From: the human T2T-CHM13v2.0 reference genome, Homo sapiens
Assembly (NCBI RefSeq): GCF_009914755.1
Contig: NC_060930.1
Direction: 5' to 3' (one strand)
DNA: 64,000 nt
Every line of letters begins with the position of its first letter. Within the stretch, counting starts at the first letter, position 1. A program made the position numbers and the translations under genes. Of the stretch, positions 49,002 to 64,000 are shown one piece after another. Under the pieces are notes generated by a model. That model was not told where the DNA came from and searched no databases. It saw nothing but the letters and a program-made list of their open reading frames with translations.

Positions 49002-49331
49002 TCATCATCCATACCTTTTATCTTGCTTTTAAAATTTTTATTAGCACTTATTTTTACTTGACAATATGTTCTTTATCTCTTAGTTTATTGTCTGTTTCAC
49101 TTGAATAGATTTCACGTGGGCAGAGACCTTATCTCTAAGGTTTAGAACAGTATCTGGTACATAATAGGTGTTCAACAATTACTTGCTAGAAGGAGTCAAT
49201 GAATGAATGAATGAATGAATGAATGATGTTTTATTTGTATGAGGACACCTAAACTATATACCTGATATACCTTCAAACTGAACATATAATAATATAATAG
49301 AAAATAGAAAACTCTCTTTGCTGTTTAAGTA

Positions 49332-50029
49332 CAGATGCTCCTCGACTTATGATGGGGTCACATCCCAGTAAACCCATTGTAAGTTGAAAATATAAGTTGA
49401 AAATGCATTTAAAGGCCAGGCTCATTGGCTCACACCTGTAATCTCAGCATTTTGGGAGGCCAAGGAGGACAGATTTTTTGAGTCCAGGAATTTGAGACCA
49501 GCCTGGGCAACATGGTGAAACCCTGTCTCTACAAAAAATACAAAAATTTGCCAGGTGTGGTGCCATGTACCTGTAGTTCCAGCTACCTGGGAGGCTGAGG
49601 TGGCAGGATCACTTGAGTCCAGGAGGTCAAGGCTGCAGTGACCCATGATCACACCACTGCATTGCAGCCTTGGTGACAGAGTAAGACCCTGTCTTAAAAA
49701 CAAAACAAAACAAAAAAAGAAAGAAAAGAAAAAGAAAAAAGCATTTCATACACCCAACCTACTGATCATCATAGCTTAGCGTAGCCTACCTTAAACATGC
49801 TCAGAACACTTTTATTAGCCTACAGTTGGGCAAAATCATCTAATACAAAGCCTATTTTATAATATAGTGTTGAATATCTCATGCAATGTGTTGAATACTG
49901 TATTGAAAATGAAAAACAGAATGGTGTATGTTTACTGGAAGTATGGTTTCTACTGAATGCGTATCGCTTTCACACCGTCATAAAGTTGAAAAATCCTAAG
50001 TTGAGCCATTGTAAGTCGGGCATCATCTG
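49332..50029. mobile_element. MER47A (Tigger5 family) split by an AluJ (49414-49740, +)
   Basis: ta|cagatgctcctcgactta ... gtaagtcgggcatcatctg; Alu TSD approximately aaaatgcattt. Confidence 0.88.
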
Positions 50030-50114
50030 TGCTTGTATAAGTTTTAAAGACAAAATTTTCTAATTTTAATTATAGAATTTCAGTTCTGTTTGACTGTACC
50101 TTGAGTGAAGGTCA

Positions 50115-50422
50115 CTTTTTTTTTTTTTTTTTTTTTTAAAGAAACAAGGTCTTACTCTGTTGCCCTGGCTCTAGTGCAGTGGTGCAATCATAGCTCACTG
50201 TAACCTCAACTCCTGGGGTCTAGTGATCCTCCTGCCTGAGCCTCCCAAATAGCTAGAACTACAGGTGCACACTACCATGCCCAACTAATTTTTTTAGTTT
50301 TTGTAGAGATAGGGTCTTGCTCTGTTGCCCAGGCTGGTCTTGAACTCCTTAACTAAGGGAATCCTTCGTGCCTTGGCCTCCCAAAGAGCTGGGATTACAG
50401 GAATGAGCTACTATGCCTGGCC
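50115..50422 (-). mobile_element. AluJ
   Basis: Diverged dimer with poly-T. Confidence 0.88.
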
Positions 50423-51868
50423 CAAAGGGAAAGACCTTTAGGACCAAAACATTAGTCATAAAAATTCTGTCCTTTAAAAATCTGAACTTTTATTTGTTCT
50501 TCATTCCATAATTGAGCTCAGTGGCTGAAATAATGAAAAATCCTTTGCTTTTTTACTTTTCTTTACCTTCTAAACTATTCTGTAGCTCTTTGTTAGTCTT
50601 GAAATCTCGATAAGTTTTTATCACCATTATCAACTGATTATTAATATTTTCTGAGAACAGTGTACTGCATTGCAGGCATCTAATGATTTTCTTCTTTCCT
50701 CTTCCTCCTCCTTTGTGTATCCATAATGTTTGGACTGCTAGCGTTGAGCCTGTTGTGATTTTTAAAGATAGAATTACACCTCTCTCGACATCCTGCTGAA
50801 ACACAAGAGGACCTGTTCATAGACACTGCTGTCTGTATTTTCTCTAGGGGTATTAAAAATGCCCATATATGGAGCATAACATACTGTGGTATTAAGAGGA
50901 TAAACTTAATCTGCTTCATTGAGGCTTATTACAGATTTTGGAGACTGGGGAGTCTGAAGCCTTGTTTTCAGAAAGTGTATCATCCTTTTATGGTATTTAG
51001 TTTGTTTTGAACTTTCCATTATTTCCAAATTCCTGCAGAAGTATGGAAATAAACAGTATTCTTTCTGATTATGACCTTTTGAAAGAAATAAGTTGTTTTT
51101 GTTTAGCAACAGCATTATCAATTTATGCCAACACATTTTTTCTATAACCAGTATAATTACAGATAGCAGTAAGGTCTGGAAATACCATCTCTTTGTTAAC
51201 TCTCATTATTAAGGCAATAAAAAATAGTGTTAAAGTTTGTTTTCTGAGTATTGATCTGTCTGAACTTCTTTGTAACTAAAAAGAAAATCATACCTGTAAG
51301 TGAAAAGCTGGTTGCATTCAGTTGCTTTGCTGGCCAGCTGTTGTTGTAGGGTAATAAGGAACCCTAAGTGAGACTGCTAATCTTGTGTAGAAGTTAAGAG
51401 ACTATGCAAGAAACTTTGCAACATTCAAGCTGCATTTCCATATTGTCCAAAGAATATTCATTTTGGTATTTCCTCATTGCCTAATACATAACCTCCTCCA
51501 CTTTTGTGCACAATCTCTGTATGTGTGCGTGTGTTTGTATATGTGTGTTTATATGTATGTGTGTATATTTATGTGTCTGTGTAGGAGGTGCTTTTCAAAT
51601 GTTAGCTGAAATATACTTAATCTGTGCATCTCTTTTTTTTACTGAAAGCGATCCCATCAAATATGATGATTGATGGAACCAAAATTCATTGAGGCCCTGC
51701 TGTTTGCTAGGCATCATGATAGGTCCTAGGCGTATGTGTTTTAGATTTTTGCAGATCTGCCTGGGAAATGCTTCTTTTCTCTCAGGGAAGACAAACCAAT
51801 AATTATAACACACTGTATTAACAGAATTATGTACAAGAGGGTTGGAGGCACAGGAGAAGAGCATGTAA

Positions 51869-52261
<393 letters not shown>

Positions 52262-52307
52262 TAGTGGCCGGAGCTATAGTGACTTCCCCTGGGAACTACA
52301 GGTAATT

Positions 52308-52527
52308 CAACCTCTGCCTCCTGGGTTCAAGTGATTCTCCTGCCTCAGCCTCCTGAGTAGCTGGGATTATAACCATGTGCCACCACGCCCGGCTAATTTT
52401 GTATTTTTAGTAGAGATGGGGTTTCTCCATGTTGGTCAGGCTGGTCTGGAACTCCCGACCTCAGGTGATCCGCCCGCCTTGGCCTCCCAAAGTGCTGAGA
52501 TTACAGGCGTGAGCCACTGCACCCAGC
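52308..52527 (-). mobile_element. AluSp-like lacking its 3' end
   Basis: Starts at caacctctgcc; flanked by gtaatt on both sides. Confidence 0.88.
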
Positions 52528-52788
52528 GTAATTTCTGAATTCTCTAAGATTATTTTTTTAAGAAGAAAGAACCCCTAAAAATTTAATATGCACTGTGACC
52601 CTTAAAAGAAACAGCAGGAAGTAAAAGCTGATTAATTTAATGCATATTAAATAAATATAACATATATGTTTAATGTATTTTCCTTAGTGGGAGAATACAG
52701 GCTGGAACTGGATGGTGGAGAAAGACTCAAGGATAAAATTGAGAGGAAAAAACAAAGGATAGGAATGGAGAACAAAAGATGGGGAAGG

Positions 52789-53234
<446 letters not shown>

Positions 53235-54007
53235 TCATTATTTACAGTTTTTGTATGTTTGTGGTTATTTTTAGAGACTACTCATGAATAATTGAAACAA
53301 CTTATCTTGAAAATTTTCCTCAAAGATAAAGCAGGAACTACTAGAGAAATGCTACTTCTTGACTAGATAAAATCAGTCTTCACCCATATTTTAATTCATT
53401 ACAGTGAAGCTCATACATAGTTATAGTGAGCCATAATCTTTTGAAATTGAATTTTGGCAAAGTTTGATTTTTCAAAGAGGATTTTCTTTGTGGTGAGACT
53501 ATTTTATTGAGGATATTATCCTTCTTTTATTATCAAACTTTTAGGTCTTCTACTTCCGTCTCCTGTCATCTCAGATTGCTATGGCGCAGAGATGGGAATC
53601 TAGCTGTTGGGGTTGCTGTTTATTCAGGGAAAAATGGCTTGTGTTTCATCTACAGGCTGGTCTGTAATTGCTTGGGTAAGATGATAATGGAATCTCATAG
53701 CTAAACTTAAGGCTTTTTTCCTGTACAGTGCATTTCATTCTTCCTAGTATTTGCTTTTCCTTTTACCAAAATTAATGCATCAAAAGGATGGTGGACGATC
53801 TGATGAACATAATGTTCATTTAAAAAGTTGGGTAGACTGAACAATTTTTGGGAAAACGAAAACAAGTCAGGTAGATGAACAATTTTAGAAAAAAGTAAAA
53901 TCTTCCCTTGGATGCGTGAAAAAACCCTAATTTCTGTCTCCTACTTTCCTACCCCACCACTTTCTTTTTTTGCATGTATTTATTTTTACAGGCATGGAAG
54001 TTTTTAA

Positions 54008-54361
<354 letters not shown>

Positions 54362-55316
54362 CCCTCTTTTTCATTTTCATGTGTTTATTTTCCTGACATA
54401 TACTTACCAAATTCCAAGTTATAGTGCAGACTGGGACTATCTTACTGAACCTGACATTGTGTCCATTTTAAGCTAGCCCAGCAGGCCCTTCATTTTGGTC
54501 TAAGGCTGTGTTCATGAAGACTGTCCCATTGTATCCCCACCACCAATAGGGATGGATGCAAAGGGTCCAGGACGTTAGTCAGTGTCCCCTTGCCAGCTCT
54601 TAGCTAATAGCCAGTTTAATGGTGAATCCATATCTATCGTGAGCTGGAAGAGCTGAAGGGCACACGGTAAGGGCCAAATAAAGGTTTGGATGAATTGAGA
54701 ACTGAACGTGCAAAGAAATAAAGCTCATAACTGAAGTCCTTAAGAAATGAAGCTTTTTAGGCAAGCACTTCTGTCCGTAAGTCTAGCCAATTAAGTGTGC
54801 AGATATAAGCATGTGTCCCAATGTGTGTCCATGAGTGACTACTGAAGCCCTCAGGTGCTCTGGTGACTTCATATGCAAGCGTGGCCTGGCAGGAACTGCC
54901 TGTGCTATGACTAATCAGGAGACTTTCCAGGGAAAAGGATGTCAGGCATGGGGATTCCACATTTAGCGTCACTTTTAGTATGTAATGACTTCCATATCCT
55001 ATTTGAAGGATCCATTCTCATTAGGATTCTTCATGCTTGAAATACACCCTTACAAAAGCTGAACTTTCTCACGTTGACTAAGAACAAGATCATCTTTGAC
55101 AGATTTTTGAATTGAATTGGCAAAGCAAAATTCTCCTCAAGTCCAAGGGTTTCATTTTGCTCATGCTCTTTCGTTCCATTGTGTTTTAAACCAGGTTGCT
55201 ATTATATAGAGTATTTTAGCAGCCTTGATCTTGGAAACATCAAGACCATTGTTCCTATTGTTGCTGATTTAGTGTTACAGCTGCTTCCTCTTTATGTGAT
55301 TTAATTTGAGGTTTCA

Positions 55317-55334
55317 GCCCACCAGGGGGCTATT
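55317..55334 (+). promoter_or_regulatory. Candidate CTCF motif
   Basis: CCACCAGGGGGC at 55319-55330 matches the CTCF core; lies in non-repeat DNA. Confidence 0.45.
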
Positions 55335-57523
55335 GGTCCCCACCTATGCAGCTTGAAGAGCTGGCTGCTGTTTCTCTATGGATGTTATTTCCATTCCTAT
55401 TCATAGCGATTTTTCCCCTTCTATATTCATCTAGCAACAGCAAGGCACTGTTCCAGGAACCCACACTCTCTACATAAGGCATAACATGGAACCATTTGGA
55501 TGGAAAAATTATAAATTAAAATTATTCTGTTCATTTTAAAATATTCATATTGTGTTGCTCAAATGCCAGTAACTGGAAAATCATGGATAATGTCCTGTTT
55601 TTATAACCTCTTTCAGAATGTTTTAAAATCTGTTTATGTTGTTACTTAGCCATCTCTTTTCCTGGAGTGGATTTTGTGATAAGATTTTGTTAAAAAAAAG
55701 ATTGTATGAGTCCAGCGCCTAATGGCAGATATAATATTAAAGATGATACCACTAATTTCAGTCCACTTTTTAAATAGAAAAAGATTTATTCCATGTACAG
55801 AGAATATTTATAAAATTGTACACCTCTAAAAATAGCCTATGGACATGCCAGACTATTTCTTTGGAGGATAAAGCTTTTTATTAAATGATTAAGATTAAGC
55901 AAAGGTTTATTATTTCTGGAAGTAGGTATTTAATTTAAACTATGAAAACCCATATATCCATAATACTACTAATTTTCAGATGCTAAAAATATCTTCAGCT
56001 TTTAAAATGTATTGAGCTTTTTATTTTTTAAAAAGCTTTTTAAGTGCTCTTTTTTCTATGTATTCTGTTCTCAATGCTAAGTTATTGATTCTTTAATTTG
56101 GGAAAACTAAAATCTTATTTCTATCCTTGTATTTTCCATGTTGTGTGGGTGTGGGTGAGGATGTGTATGTCTCAGAAAGATAGACAGGCAGGAAAAAGTG
56201 AAAATGTTTTCATATGGTTTAGTTTTTTGCTGAAGTAATTATATTTCTTATGCTAAAGGAAAGAATAGTGATTGGAAATCTTTTTGCTGTGTTTTTTTCT
56301 ACCTCATGGAACATATTAAGAGGAGCGAAGATCTTTATTTTATGCTTTTTTATTCTGTGAGTTTTAAGTCCACGTTCACATAAAAGCCATGTGTTTTATT
56401 TGTTGTCTCTCTTGGCTAGGAATATTTAAATGTATTTTTGAAACTCTTCTGTTTTGTCAACTAAAGGTAATTTAAAATTATAATTTTAAGACACTTTCTA
56501 GAAACTTATACTTTGGTTCAGGCTAAAGTCTTCAGTTTGTGTGCCTGTGTGTGTGTGTTGAGGTTCTTCAGAAGCAACAAACCACTTGAGCGTGAGCAAA
56601 TTTCACAGGCTCCCTTCATTGTTTGTTTTAGCCTCGTTAATCATTTGGCCTTTGAAAATAGGCTGATCATTTCATTGAATATGGATTGAGAAAAGTTCTG
56701 TGTGCCATGAAAGGCCTGAATGGCTCTTGCTGACTCTGTTTTATTCATTTTAAATAACATGAGGGGGATCCCAAAGTATTTCCTCTGGACTTTTGAAGCA
56801 TTATCATTGCAGGGTATGATATTTGAAGTCAGGATTCTTTATAACAATAATAACGACAAGAATATATATACATTTTCCTAAAGTCTGATTTGTGGAAAAT
56901 AGAAAGCAAACTGTCAGTAAACAGGTTTTCCAACACAAACACTCAGTTTAGGCAGCAACCAACTTTTTTGAATGCAGCAACAAAATGAATACTATTTTTA
57001 ATTGAATAATGAAGACAGACTAGAATAGTTGCTATGAGAAAAATGGATACCTTATAATTAATAATATGTGAGCTAAACCTTAACTACACTTGACATTTTT
57101 CCTTAGGTTGGTGCCATACTGATTAATGAGTTAACTGCTGATGGTGCCTATTCTGTGGAGTGACTGTTTCAGTTCCAGGGCTTAGAGTGTTCAATAAAAT
57201 AGGTACTCTCTGAGGTGGGACTGAGGCTTTAGTCTTGATCAAAGTGCTTTGGGGGAAGCACAGTTGAACTGATTGGCTGTGAATGTTAATCACTTCATAG
57301 GACACACTGATAATTTACAGCATTGTTGTAACTCTCTGGTGTTCGTAAAATGAACTTAATAACCCACTGGCACCATGGGATAAGCTGCTTTTTCTCTGCA
57401 ATTGAATACCCAGACTGCCTGAATAATAGTGTTGAGAAATACTGCATTAAAAACAGTGAGCAGCTGTATGATGAAGGAAACAGCTCTGCCACAGATTTGT
57501 TAATTATCTCTTTTGATTCACAG

Positions 57524-57690
57524 AGGGTGTTTGTGAGATATGGTTGACCAGTGAAGACACGGGGGCTTATGGCAGAGATATTGGCACCAATCTCCCCACA
57601 CTCCTGTGGAAACTGGTTGAAGTGATTCCTGAGGGAGCAATGCTGAGGCTTGGCATGACAAATCCGCCCTATATTTTAGAGCATCTGGAG
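57524..57690 (+). CDS. CDKAL1: Internal coding exon of CDKAL1 (threonylcarbamoyladenosine tRNA methylthiotransferase, radical SAM/MtaB family); probably exon 10
   Basis: Acceptor ttttgattcacag|AG and donor GAG|gtaagg. 167 nt = 2 nt + 55 codons, translating to (E)[55 protein letters not shown], which I recognise as CDKAL1. The exon number is from recall. Confidence 0.97.
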
Positions 57691-59794
57691 GTAAGGAAAA
57701 GCACCCTATTTGCATGCTAACATAGACACTAACCAGTCCAGACAGTGTGGCAGCCTCAGTATCATCACATCAGCTTCATTTAAAACTCCTTCACATTTTT
57801 TTTTTGTAGTCCCGCATTTCCAAGAATGAATCAAGACTTTCAAATCCCCTTCTTTGGCAGGCAACACTTTTTTACTTCCTCATCATTAATTAACATTGCC
57901 CAAATTTTTCAATACTTGCCACCTTGCCACAGTTCTTTGTTTCTTGTTTGTAGTCCTTCAGTCTTCCAGCACATAAATTTGCCTCAGTTCCTCCATTTTG
58001 ACCGCTCGTCTGATTCAGAACTGCTAATGTGTTGCATTAATTTCGCAACCCACAGTCAATATTGTGTTATCCAAACTACTGTTAGCCATATCAGAAAAGG
58101 GACTGTGCTTGAAGCTCGAGGATGAATTTTCAATTTCATCCCTTCATCTGGAGATACATAGGGGTGAAGTTGAATCAGAGGGACACAGAGCAAGGTACTC
58201 TTCCACTTGATTTGCACATGCATTACTGTGGCACCTGTATTCCCATTGTAAGGCCCATCCCTGAATACATGACATTTTCTTTCAGAGAATTTCCTTCCTT
58301 GTTTTTCACTTATCAACATAATGGTAATCACTGTGAACAAAGGTGATTCTGAGATCCCTGATTTTGTTTTTATACTTTTCCACAGATCGGGATGCTTACC
58401 CTTAAGTAGCTGTGTCAAACTAGGCAAATGGGCATATGTCCAGGTAACTGTGGTACCTGAAGGCAAATGACACAGTAAATATGAGCAAAGAATATGGACA
58501 GGAGAGCAACCATATAAATGAAGAAGTACTTGCTAGGATCCATGACTACTATTTGAGAAATAAAATAATTACTTTAGACCCATAGTTATGGAAATAAAAT
58601 CTGATTAGTGCAATTGCAAAGTCATGTGTAAAGCATGAAAATGAATAACTTTTATTTTTTTCAAGTGTGTTCTTTGCAGTATGTTTGTGCAGAAAAATAA
58701 CATCCCAAAAAGCTAAAAGCAACCACTGCTGCTGAAATTTAATGCAAATGCTAATGAATAGCTAAACATTTAAAAGATTATTTCGCTGATTTGATTTTAA
58801 GACTATACTTGTTGAGGTTTTTGTTGAATGGCTTCCTTAATATCAACAACCTATTTCAGAAATTCTGAAAACAGAGTTAATAATTTGGCTGCTAATTATA
58901 AATACATAATGAGGGAGTTTAGCAATTTTAATTTTATTATTTACATTTTTCTAGCTAGCTCTTTCTAGTAAGGGTATATGATTTATATGTTAAGTTTAGT
59001 GCTTTAGACAGTGTGGGATGATTATGATTTGCTATTTAAAAATAAGTTGCAGGCATGTCAACTTTTACTTAACACTTTGACTCAACACTTGATAAAGCAA
59101 AGTGATTCTCTGTAAAAAAAAAAAAAAAAAAAAAAATCAAATATGCTAAGAGCTGTGACAGTCTTGCTGTGTTTGCAGTAAATGTGAGGCATACATCGTG
59201 AAGACCAGGAGATATACTAGACGTGTGGAGGGTAGGAAGGGAAACAGGCCCCATCAATATAAGGTTTATGATAACAGCCACTTTTTTTGGATTGGAAAAG
59301 ATCTGATCAGGGATCCAGGGACCCACAAGAGATAGAGTCAGGTAAGTTCAAAAAGGAAGAAGCACAAGGAAGAAAAATCTTGTGTTGGCTCTGAGGTAAC
59401 TAACCAAATACTCCTTGGAATAAATTCAGCATTTTAATTGATTGCAAGATTGCAGCAGCTAATACTGTGTGTATAGCAAATCCTAGTGCTCAGCACCTGA
59501 AGTAGTGCCAGACTTGGGGAGCGTCTAAAAATCAACAAAAGATCTGAAATATAACTTTATACTTTGCCTGGAAAACACCAGATGTTTAGTTCCTAGATCG
59601 TAGTTGGAGTGATAACAAGTTTTGATGGTCATGACATTATATTTTTTAAAATCCTCTGAAGTATGTATCATGTTGGCCTTTCCTCCTACATTGTCATCTT
59701 GAGGCAACAATCTTGTTATATCTGTCTGTGGATCTATCCCACCCAGTAGTGGCTCAATAAATGAGTGAATATGAGAATGAATACAGGAAGAGCT

Positions 59795-60094
59795 GCCCAG
59801 GCTCAGTGGCTCACACCTGTAATCCCAGCCCTTTGGGAGGCCGAGGCAGGTGGATCACTTGAGGTCAGGAGTTTGAGACCAGCCTGGCCCACATGGTGAA
59901 ACCCCGTCTCTAGTAAAAACACAGAAATTAGCTGGGTGGAGTGATAGGTGCCTGTAATCCCAGCTACTCAGGAGGCTGAGGCAGGAGAATCGCTTGAGCC
60001 CAAGAGGCAGAGGTTACAGTGAGCCAAGATTGTGCCACTGCACTCCAGCCTGGGTGACAAAGCAAGATTATCTCAAAAAAAAAAAAAAAAAAAA
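59795..60094 (+). mobile_element. AluS
   Basis: TSD aggaagagc. Confidence 0.92.
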
Positions 60095-62235
60095 AGGAAG
60101 AGCCTTCTTCATAAAATAAATTATAGAGCCCACACTGTAGTCTTGAACTTTGAAATCCTAACCCCTGGCCAGAAGAGGCAGCAAAAGATGATGAAGTAAA
60201 TGAGCTTCAAGGGTGAGAATTGTTCCCCACAGAAAGCCACCCACTACTCTGCACTTTATGTGCAGGAGGTAATCCAGGCTGTGATACCACACCCAGGGAG
60301 AAAGCCATCCAAAAGAAACAGAGCAAAAGGAAACAAAGATATGCAAGAATCAAAGGTCTACACCATCTCAAAGTAAGAGGTTTTAAACTCTTCCTTTGTT
60401 TCCTGGACCAGACCTTCACACCTTGCTGTTTCTTCTCATCCTCCTCTGCATGGCAGAGCCCAGAACACTCAGGATTCCACAAACACATCGTATGTAACAG
60501 AAAAGGTGACTGAGCCCCAGAAGGCTTACATGGCTTCCCAGTGTCAAAACGGGCAGTAGGGAAGGGAGCCCAAATCTGGTGCTCCTCAGTCCTGTGCACA
60601 GCAATACCTTGTACATTTCCATTTTCCTCTCACTAGGCTTAGACCACTCTACAGAAATTACTTGACTTATCTCAAGGGTACTGAACAGAGTTCACCAATA
60701 AGAAAAAACAGAAGATGAAAACAGAAAAAAATAACAGCAAATGAAGGTGGTGATTTTTTAAACTATAGGGATTGAAGGAATCCACTCTTGAAATAACTAC
60801 CCTGATGCTTTAAAACCTTCAGGGCAAGGATTTCTTGAGAATTTTATTGGGAAGACAGCCTTCTTGTGTTTTTAGAAGATGCTTCACACAACAGACTTTA
60901 ATTAGAGAGTACTTGGCTGGTTTGTTTTCCTTCCTCTTCATTCTGTTCACTTCTTATTCACCTGACTCTCAGATTTTTTAAAAACAACTTTTACCAACTT
61001 AAAAGAAAAAAAACCAAACAGTTTAAAGGGAAAGTTATATAAAGGAAAGCACCAAAGTTTTTATCATTATTTAAAAGTATGCCGGGGAAAGATACATCTA
61101 TTGAGAATACATTTTATTCAATCTCCATAGGAATAGAGGATGCACATTACACTTAACACAGGATCACTTTTAAGGTTTCTTCAAGAGTCTAGCATTGTGT
61201 GTGGCACTTTATATAGCAAATACTGAATACATGTGTACTGAATAAAAGGAAGGGAAGGAGAACTCTTTATCACTCATAGGCAGACAAGTAGTGAAGTGTG
61301 TGTTTGGGACATCTGCAAACTTTATTTTTAGTATCACTGCCCTTAAAAAACAATATAGGATTCATTTGAATTATGATATAGCTGACAAAAGATATCTCAA
61401 ACATATATATTGTGAAAAAAACACTCTGGAATTGAAGAAATATACCTATGAGCTTATACAATGCTGTAGTAAACTTGCATATGATAATAGAATCAATAGA
61501 TAAAACAATAAACATGCTTTATGTCACCTTAAAGTCCCTATTGCCTAAAGGATAAGAATAAGCCCTTGAGGACATTCAGGGTACTTATTTTTTTCTATTA
61601 CATTCTTATTCATTTGTCCCTTGAGTAGTGCCCTAATGATATCTCCTCTATATCTTTTTTTTTTTTTACCATTTCATACTCCTGAAATGTTTACATTACC
61701 TTTTTCTCATGATATACTTACCATATGATGACAGTTGGTAGTAATGTGTTAATCAGACATACTAATATTTGCTACTACATGTGTTGGCTAATATATCGCC
61801 CCTGTAGTGGCAAATAAGATGTATTTTCCCTGTGTTTGCTTTCCTGTTGATATTGCTAATGTAATAACCTTTGCATATTCCTCTTTAATGAACTCTGACC
61901 TTGTAGAAAGTGAAGCGGTTTATGAATTTGATTACTCTTAAAACTACATTGCTTAGTTTTGTCCTCCTAGTGATAGGTAGCCTACAGCTAAAGTATTAAT
62001 TCAGACTGAAAATAATACATGTGAACCCAACAAGGTTCACATGAGACCAGTGATAGTGGTATAATGGCTGCTGCTAATGAGGCACCTGAAATCACTGCTA
62101 ACTGATAAAATCAGTACAATTTATCAAGTGCTTATTGTTTGCAAGAAACTGAGTGCTTTACATGTGTGATCTGTTTTTCCTCTTAGAACAGGCTAGCTAT
62201 ATAGATATTATTATCCTCAATTTTCTTTTGCCCAC

Positions 62236-62387
62236 TTTTTTGAGATGGGGTTTTGCTTTGTTGCCCAGGCTGGAGTGCTGTGGCTATTTATAGGTGTGAT
62301 CATAGCGCTCTACAGCCTTGAACTCCTGGGCTCAAGTGATCCTCCTGCCTTAGCTGGGACTACAAACATACACCACTGTGCCTGGCT
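62236..62387 (-). mobile_element. Alu monomer (FAM/FRAM-like) inside a MIR
   Basis: Single diverged monomer. Confidence 0.75.
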
Positions 62388-63231
62388 GTTATTTTTGTTT
62401 TGTTAATTGAGAAGCCATGGGTTCGAAAGGTTAGATAACTGGCTAAACCGCATAGCCAGTTAGCCGCTGAACTGGTTTCTAATCTATTCTAATTCGCAAA
62501 TGCTTTCTACTCTACTGCATCTTCAAGGAAGCCTTCCCAAACTCTTCCCACATATGTTCTGTGCTTCATAGTACCCCTGTACAACAGGTCTCTGTCTCTT
62601 TGGGCACTCATAATGGTGCATCATGATTACTTATTTATGTAGAAATCCAACATGACTGTTATCATAAGGGAGATGTTGTCTTATCCATCTTTGTATATCA
62701 GTGCCTGTGATAACACACACTTCATACACCTAATAAATGTTTACTGAATGATGTGATAGCTCAAAGTTTAGTTTATTAACTGTTCCTTGACTTCATGCCT
62801 CATGTATTGAAGTACCTTCATATCTGCTGAGCATCCAGTTTTGGAAGAGTTTGGGAACGGTTGTCATATATGTTTCTCATGAGTCACATTTCTGTGAAGA
62901 TGTACTGGATGGTTAGGGATTCATCTAAGGGATGCGTTATGTTTATTTGCCCAGCTAAAATACTATAGCGATAGATAGTATCTTTAGGGCTGTCTAGAAC
63001 AAATGAGCTTATTGTATGATTATCGAATTTGTAGATGATCCAGGCTCTTAACTTCTTTCTCCTCTTCCTGCTTGTTAACTTACACTGCTTTTTAAAATCT
63101 CCACTAGAGAGGATACATTAAAATCAGACAGTTTGTCTTGGTTTTAGTTTCGTGAATTGGCTGATAGGGAAAAGATGTTAAAGCTCTTGGGCAGTAAGGA
63201 AAAGAGTAAGTATCTGGATTTTATGTATTTA

Positions 63232-64000
<769 letters not shown>

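Noticed and set aside
57350-57715. ORF-track entries overlapping the exon (57350-57547 +, 57518-57715 -)
   Set aside because: Wrong frame or strand; the real reading frame is the spliced CDKAL1 exon
61795-61812. CTCF-like motif on the minus strand (gccactacaggggcg)
   Set aside because: Spacing is one base off the core consensus
62860-63050. Possible CR1/L3 reverse-transcriptase remnant (IEFVDD, like KFADD)
   Set aside because: Match too short to support without a profile search

Overview
This is human genomic DNA (it carries an AluYa5), rich in Alu and L1 repeats, lying inside the CDKAL1 gene, which is transcribed on the + strand. The only coding sequence I can support is one 167-nt internal exon at 57524-57690, encoding part of the radical-SAM core of the tRNA ms2t6A methylthiotransferase. 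The ORF track misses this exon, and its listed ORFs are repeat-derived or chance. The rest is intron: about 35 Alu or Alu-monomer copies, old L1s, L2, CR1, MIR, MaLR and ERVL LTRs, Tigger and hAT DNA transposons, and microsatellites. I find no support for a new gene system. The most unusual structure is four local templated duplications that the repeats do not explain: a direct copy of about 430 bp, an inverted copy of about 180 bp, a 354-bp tandem copy, and an inverted copy of about 120 bp that splits an Alu target-site duplication (TSD). Also notable are a TSD-flanked old L1 lacking nearly all of ORF2, a young AluYa5, closely spaced inverted Alu pairs, and candidate recursive-splice, CTCF and enhancer sites. 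Repeat subfamily calls are from memory of the consensus sequences, and repeat boundaries are approximate.
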